Source: a virus (Duplodnaviria; Caudoviricetes). From it: a stretch of DNA of 64,000 nucleotides. Under the pieces are notes generated by a model, which saw only the letters and a program-made list of their open reading frames with translations, had not been told where the DNA came from and ran no database searches. This document shows positions 60,635 to 64,000 of this stretch, piece by piece. Location of the stretch: IMG/VR virus record IMGVR_UViG_3300028886_000042; one strand, 5' to 3'. Within the stretch, counting starts at the first letter, position 1. Every line of letters begins with the position of its first letter. The translations under genes were made by a program, and so were the position numbers.

Positions 60635-62605
60635 GTCACCTACAACAGGTGTATAGTTGTAATCTGAACCTAAACCGTTTGTAGTTCCTAATTCAGTGAA
60701 GAATTTTATCATCAGACGGAGTGCCTGCCTACCGATACATGTTGTATTTTCAGCAGCATCAATATCTGAGAACGGAAATATTTCACCACTACCGTAACTT
60801 CCGAAAAATCCGTTGCAAATAACCTTTGTACAACCTTGTATATTATCAAAGAAAACATATTCAGCAATTGCAGTTTCCTTTTCAGCTAAAAGATTATCCG
60901 TATTTTCATTTAAACTCTTTTTTTCTTCTATTTCCTTTGTTAGTTTTTCTTTTCTGATTTCAGCTTCTTTTTTCTTGGATTTATAATATTGACGCTGTTT
61001 TAAAAGATATTCAAGCAGATATAACATTATATCCATCAAATCTACCGGTGTTTTTATACCAAAGGTTAAAATACAACTGGGATAAAGTGAAGAGAAATCA
61101 CCTTTGAACTGTTTCTTTATCTTACCCGTTTTTAAAAGTCTGCTGATTCCACCACAGAATTTCCTTCGTTGTATCAGTTCCGGTATTGCCAAATCATGCT
61201 GATAACTCCAAGCAAGCATGATATATTTCCAAACGGCAGCAGTTCCCATTGTACATACCTTATCGTATGATACGGGTAGTAATTTACATACAAAATAATT
61301 CGTAACGTTATATTTGTATTCTACCTTATCACTCTCCCAAAGGTCATCAAGAAGGTATCTTTGGACGATATATCTGCCGGTAGTATATTCATATATACTG
61401 TTATCTGAATTGTCCTTTAGAAAATGCTTGTCATTTTCATAATAGTCAGTATATTTAAGTGAACCGTCCTCTAATGTTTTGGACAGTTTTTTATTGTCAA
61501 CCTTAAACCATTCTCCGTTCAGATTATTGAATGCATATGTTTCAGTCAAATCCTCCCAAACGGTATTGATTTTCTTACCCGGTACATATACACGGTTTTC
61601 CTTGTTGATTTTGGAGTATTTTGTGATGTATTTAAGGTTCGCGGACTTTATATTACTGTTAATGGCCATCGCACGTCTTACTGCAAATAGTGAATCCGTA
61701 AGATGCGTACCCCACATAACGGTAGGATAGAAATACTCCATTTCACCTCCAAGTTTCAGAACCTGTTGTTTTTTCTTCTTGAATACACCTTTTCTGAAGT
61801 ATTCCATTGAGAACTCACCCATATTGAGGCCCATAAGTCTAAGTCTTGTTTCAATGAAATTCCAGTCAAAGTTTTCGGTATTATGTCCTGTGATTACATC
61901 AGACTGTAATTCCTTTATTGTTTCGAAAAATTCACGTATTGCATTGAACTCGTTCTTCCGTTTTTCCTCACCTTCACCGTCAACCGTTATGATTTTCTCA
62001 AAACCCTTGTTGGTTCTTATACCTATCTGACTGATTGCGTCCTTCTCAGGGTCAAGTCCTTCGGTTTCCAAGTCCCATTCCATTCTGAGCAGGTCATCGT
62101 AGTCATCATACCCCTTGAAAAGCCTCCTGCCTGTCTGAATCATGTACTGTTCAACAGGAGAAATACATATGTATTCCTTTAATCCGTAATTACTGTCACG
62201 TTCTTTAGGATATATAGGTCTACCGGCTTTTTTGAAGAAATCCATGAACTTTGAATATGTCATGGGAACCTTTGCATAGAACAGCAGTTTATATCCGTTC
62301 TTCATACGTTCAGGTTCAGTACCATCATCACGTGTAGTCCTTAACCCCTTTACGCCTATATTGTATTCTGACAGTTTAATCCTTATCAGTTTTCTGTCAC
62401 CTCCGAAAAGTTTTTGGGCTGTTGTCTCCTTTGTCCACAGAAACGGATAGAAATTCTCCCTTTTAATCATTTTCCTACCCTCTTCGTTCCTGTATATGAT
62501 ACTTACCTTGTTGTCATCATATCCGCATTCTATCTTAATGATATGCTCCATAGGGTCAGTACCGTTAAGGAATGACTCGATTTCTTCCTTTGTTACCTTT
62601 GGCAT
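60059..62605 (-). CDS. polB: DNA polymerase B, N-terminal part fused to split intein N-fragment
   Basis: ExoI DLETEG, ExoII HNTENFD, motif A DFSSLYPS, motif B KVICNGFFG; motif C breaks after VVGD. Confidence 0.9.
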   Translation of the reverse strand: MPKVTKEEIESFLNGTDPMEHIIKIECGYDDNKVSIIYRNEEGRKMIKRENFYPFLWTKETTAQKLFGGDRKLIRIKLSEYNIGVKGLRTTRDDGTEPERMKNGYKLLFYAKVPMTYSKFMDFFKKAGRPIYPKERDSNYGLKEYICISPVEQYMIQTGRRLFKGYDDYDDLLRMEWDLETEGLDPEKDAISQIGIRTNKGFEKIITVDGEGEEKRKNEFNAIREFFETIKELQSDVITGHNTENFDWNFIETRLRLMGLNMGEFSMEYFRKGVFKKKKQQVLKLGGEMEYFYPTVMWGTHLTDSLFAVRRAMAINSNIKSANLKYITKYSKINKENRVYVPGKKINTVWEDLTETYAFNNLNGEWFKVDNKKLSKTLEDGSLKYTDYYENDKHFLKDNSDNSIYEYTTGRYIVQRYLLDDLWESDKVEYKYNVTNYFVCKLLPVSYDKVCTMGTAAVWKYIMLAWSYQHDLAIPELIQRRKFCGGISRLLKTGKIKKQFKGDFSSLYPSCILTFGIKTPVDLMDIMLYLLEYLLKQRQYYKSKKKEAEIRKEKLTKEIEEKKSLNENTDNLLAEKETAIAEYVFFDNIQGCTKVICNGFFGSYGSGEIFPFSDIDAAENTTCIGRQALRLMIKFFTELGTTNGLGSDYNYTPVVGDSFTSDTPLFIRYEDSGLIDIKPISELISEKDIQIDALGREYDYSKKKFKVLCRSGWVEPQYIYRHKTTKPIYRVSDKENNMFVDVTEDHSLFNSDKEKIKPSEINSDTKLEYYEGDIYSSFNTLTENDNIKDTWLWLLNANIENKKNFIDNLSKGWNMKTKTDIARIEFIKKCVNIKYTIHEKIPFFIKKD

Positions 62606-62690
62606 CTTTTTTCAGTAAAAATAAATTAATATTATATAAAATCCACTTAAAGCCGACATCTTAAAACGGGCATCATGGATATACTTTCTG

Positions 62691-62721
62691 CAAATATACT
62701 GTAAATAACGTTAAAAACAAA
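62691..62721 (-). promoter_or_regulatory. Bacteroidota-type promoter for the polymerase N-part
   Basis: Reverse complement reads TTTG-N19-TATATTTG. Confidence 0.7.
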
Positions 62722-62796
62722 AATATAACTGTTTTAACAAATGTTAAAATATTTTTGTCTGAAACCGTATATTTATTGTATATATAAGTTTTTAGA

Positions 62797-63201
62797 ATGA
62801 TGAAACAGAGGTATAAATTAACGGAAAGCGAACTTCATAACCTTATAGCAGAATCAGTAAAGGAAGTATTGGCTGAGAGTGCTGAAATGGATGAAGGTTG
62901 GCTTGGAGATAAGTGGAATCAGGCAAAAAGTGCTGCGAGAACAGCTTTCAATGCTGAAGGCGGTGTCGGTAACAGATTATCACAGGCAAAGAAAAACTGG
63001 AATACACAGGGTGACTTGAATAATCTTACTTCCCTTCGCACTCAACTTGAACAGTTGCTTGATGCCAGACAGATTAGCCCCGATACTACGGTAGGTCAGC
63101 TTGTAGGCGGCAAATACAACAACAACCGATTCGGTACTATGTCAGGTATGGTAGCAAACCGTAGAGGACAGATTCAGCGTCGCGGCGGTGTTGCTTATTA
63201 A
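62797..63201 (+). CDS. Leader-tagged hypothetical protein
   Basis: MMKQRYKLTESELHNLIAESVKEVLAES; TATTTAT at 62770. Confidence 0.7.
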   Translation: MMKQRYKLTESELHNLIAESVKEVLAESAEMDEGWLGDKWNQAKSAARTAFNAEGGVGNRLSQAKKNWNTQGDLNNLTSLRTQLEQLLDARQISPDTTVGQLVGGKYNNNRFGTMSGMVANRRGQIQRRGGVAY

Positions 63202-63221
63202 TAGCTTTTTTGCTATAAAAA

Positions 63222-63253
63222 AACAGCAGACTTGATATACAGGTCTGCTTTTT
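63222..63253. terminator. Bidirectional terminator
   Basis: AGCAGACTTG/CAGGTCTGCT stem. Confidence 0.7.
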
Positions 63254-63263
63254 ATATTTATTT

Positions 63264-63725
63264 TCACCGGTTGAATATCCATGAAACTATTTTCAGAAAT
63301 AAGCCGTCTTTCGGCTTGTCTACAATCATTTCGAGGTTATTATATACCTTTATATTCATACCATAGGTTTTGTTGAGGCGTTTCATGTGTTTTCTGAAAT
63401 GTCTGCCATGCCCTAAAAATCCGTCGAAATGTATTCCTTCAACGGTTGTAACATACATATGTATCATTTCATGAACCATAACATCCCTCAGTGTTTCATC
63501 CGTCCATCTTACATTTCTCGAAATACCGATACGACTTTCCGACTTACCGTTTTTCTTTTCCTCGAAATCATATTTTCCATATGTATCTCCTGCAATTAAC
63601 CAGTAGAATTTGCATTTTCCCAACTCACCGTTGAAATACATCTTGTTGTATCTGTCAAACAGTTCATAAAGTATTTCCCTGTCAGTTTCCTTGCCGTTAA
63701 GGAGTAATTTGTACTTATTTGCCAT
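63264..63725 (-). CDS. SprT-like zinc metalloprotease
   Basis: YN..YF.G.L, HEMIH, HGRHF; ATG 63725 lies downstream of TAACTTTG (63747-63754). Confidence 0.8.
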   Translation of the reverse strand: MANKYKLLLNGKETDREILYELFDRYNKMYFNGELGKCKFYWLIAGDTYGKYDFEEKKNGKSESRIGISRNVRWTDETLRDVMVHEMIHMYVTTVEGIHFDGFLGHGRHFRKHMKRLNKTYGMNIKVYNNLEMIVDKPKDGLFLKIVSWIFNR

Positions 63726-63797
63726 AAATTTTTCAGAAATATGTGACAAAGTTAATACATTTGTCTATAATATTGAAATTATTTCAGTTAAAAAATG

Positions 63798-64000
63798 TTA
63801 ATCATGTACTAAGATGCAGTTGTATTTTTCGGTTAATTCTAAAATCCTGTCAATGTAATCTTCTGAGTATTGTGTTGTATATAACCCTTCATTTAAATGG
63901 AGCTGCTTTGTGACTAATTTCTTTATATTTTCTAAACGTCGTTGATAATCTTTTAATGTGTAATTAGTCACTTTAACAATGGCATTCCATCCTTTTTTTG
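63798..64000 (-). CDS. 3' end of a gene entering from beyond the window
   Basis: Open frame ...GWNAIVKVTNY...NCILVHD*. Confidence 0.55.
   Translation of the reverse strand, partial: KKGWNAIVKVTNYTLKDYQRRLENIKKLVTKQLHLNEGLYTTQYSEDYIDRILELTEKYNCILVHD

Noticed and set aside
1-64000. Stop-codon reassignment (TAG=Gln, as in Lak megaphages)
   Set aside because: Long genes are intact in the standard code, and TAG ends genes at natural boundaries (7577, 13959, 16230, 23969, 43693)

Overview
AT-rich segment of a large T4-like (myovirus-type) jumbo/megaphage genome, read in the standard code (TAG is a real stop). The host is probably Bacteroidota, judged from repeated TTTG-N19/20-TAnnTTTG promoters and A-rich, SD-less starts. 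The window holds the head module (terminase, portal, intein-containing prohead protease, scaffold, major capsid protein), a minus-strand block (baseplate/structural genes, gp55-like late sigma, two glycosyltransferases, HAD nucleotidase, 2H phosphoesterase, GMP reductase/IMPDH, WYL protein), a fibre cluster and six free-standing endonuclease-like genes. Main findings: (1) a family B DNA polymerase fractured in its catalytic motif C into two separately promoted genes that carry the halves of a split intein on either side of an endonuclease gene; (2) unrelated cargo proteins sharing an N-terminal '(R/K)(I/L)TE..L..(I/V)VKE(S/A)V' leader, probably a capsid-targeting/protease-cleaved tag, two of them in duplicated promoter-leader-cargo-3' element cassettes; (3) a candidate late promoter TATTTAT, the reverse complement of the T4 late promoter core; (4) fibre proteins sharing a terminal [DN]xGx[YF] motif. 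All calls come from reading motifs by eye; no database searches were run.
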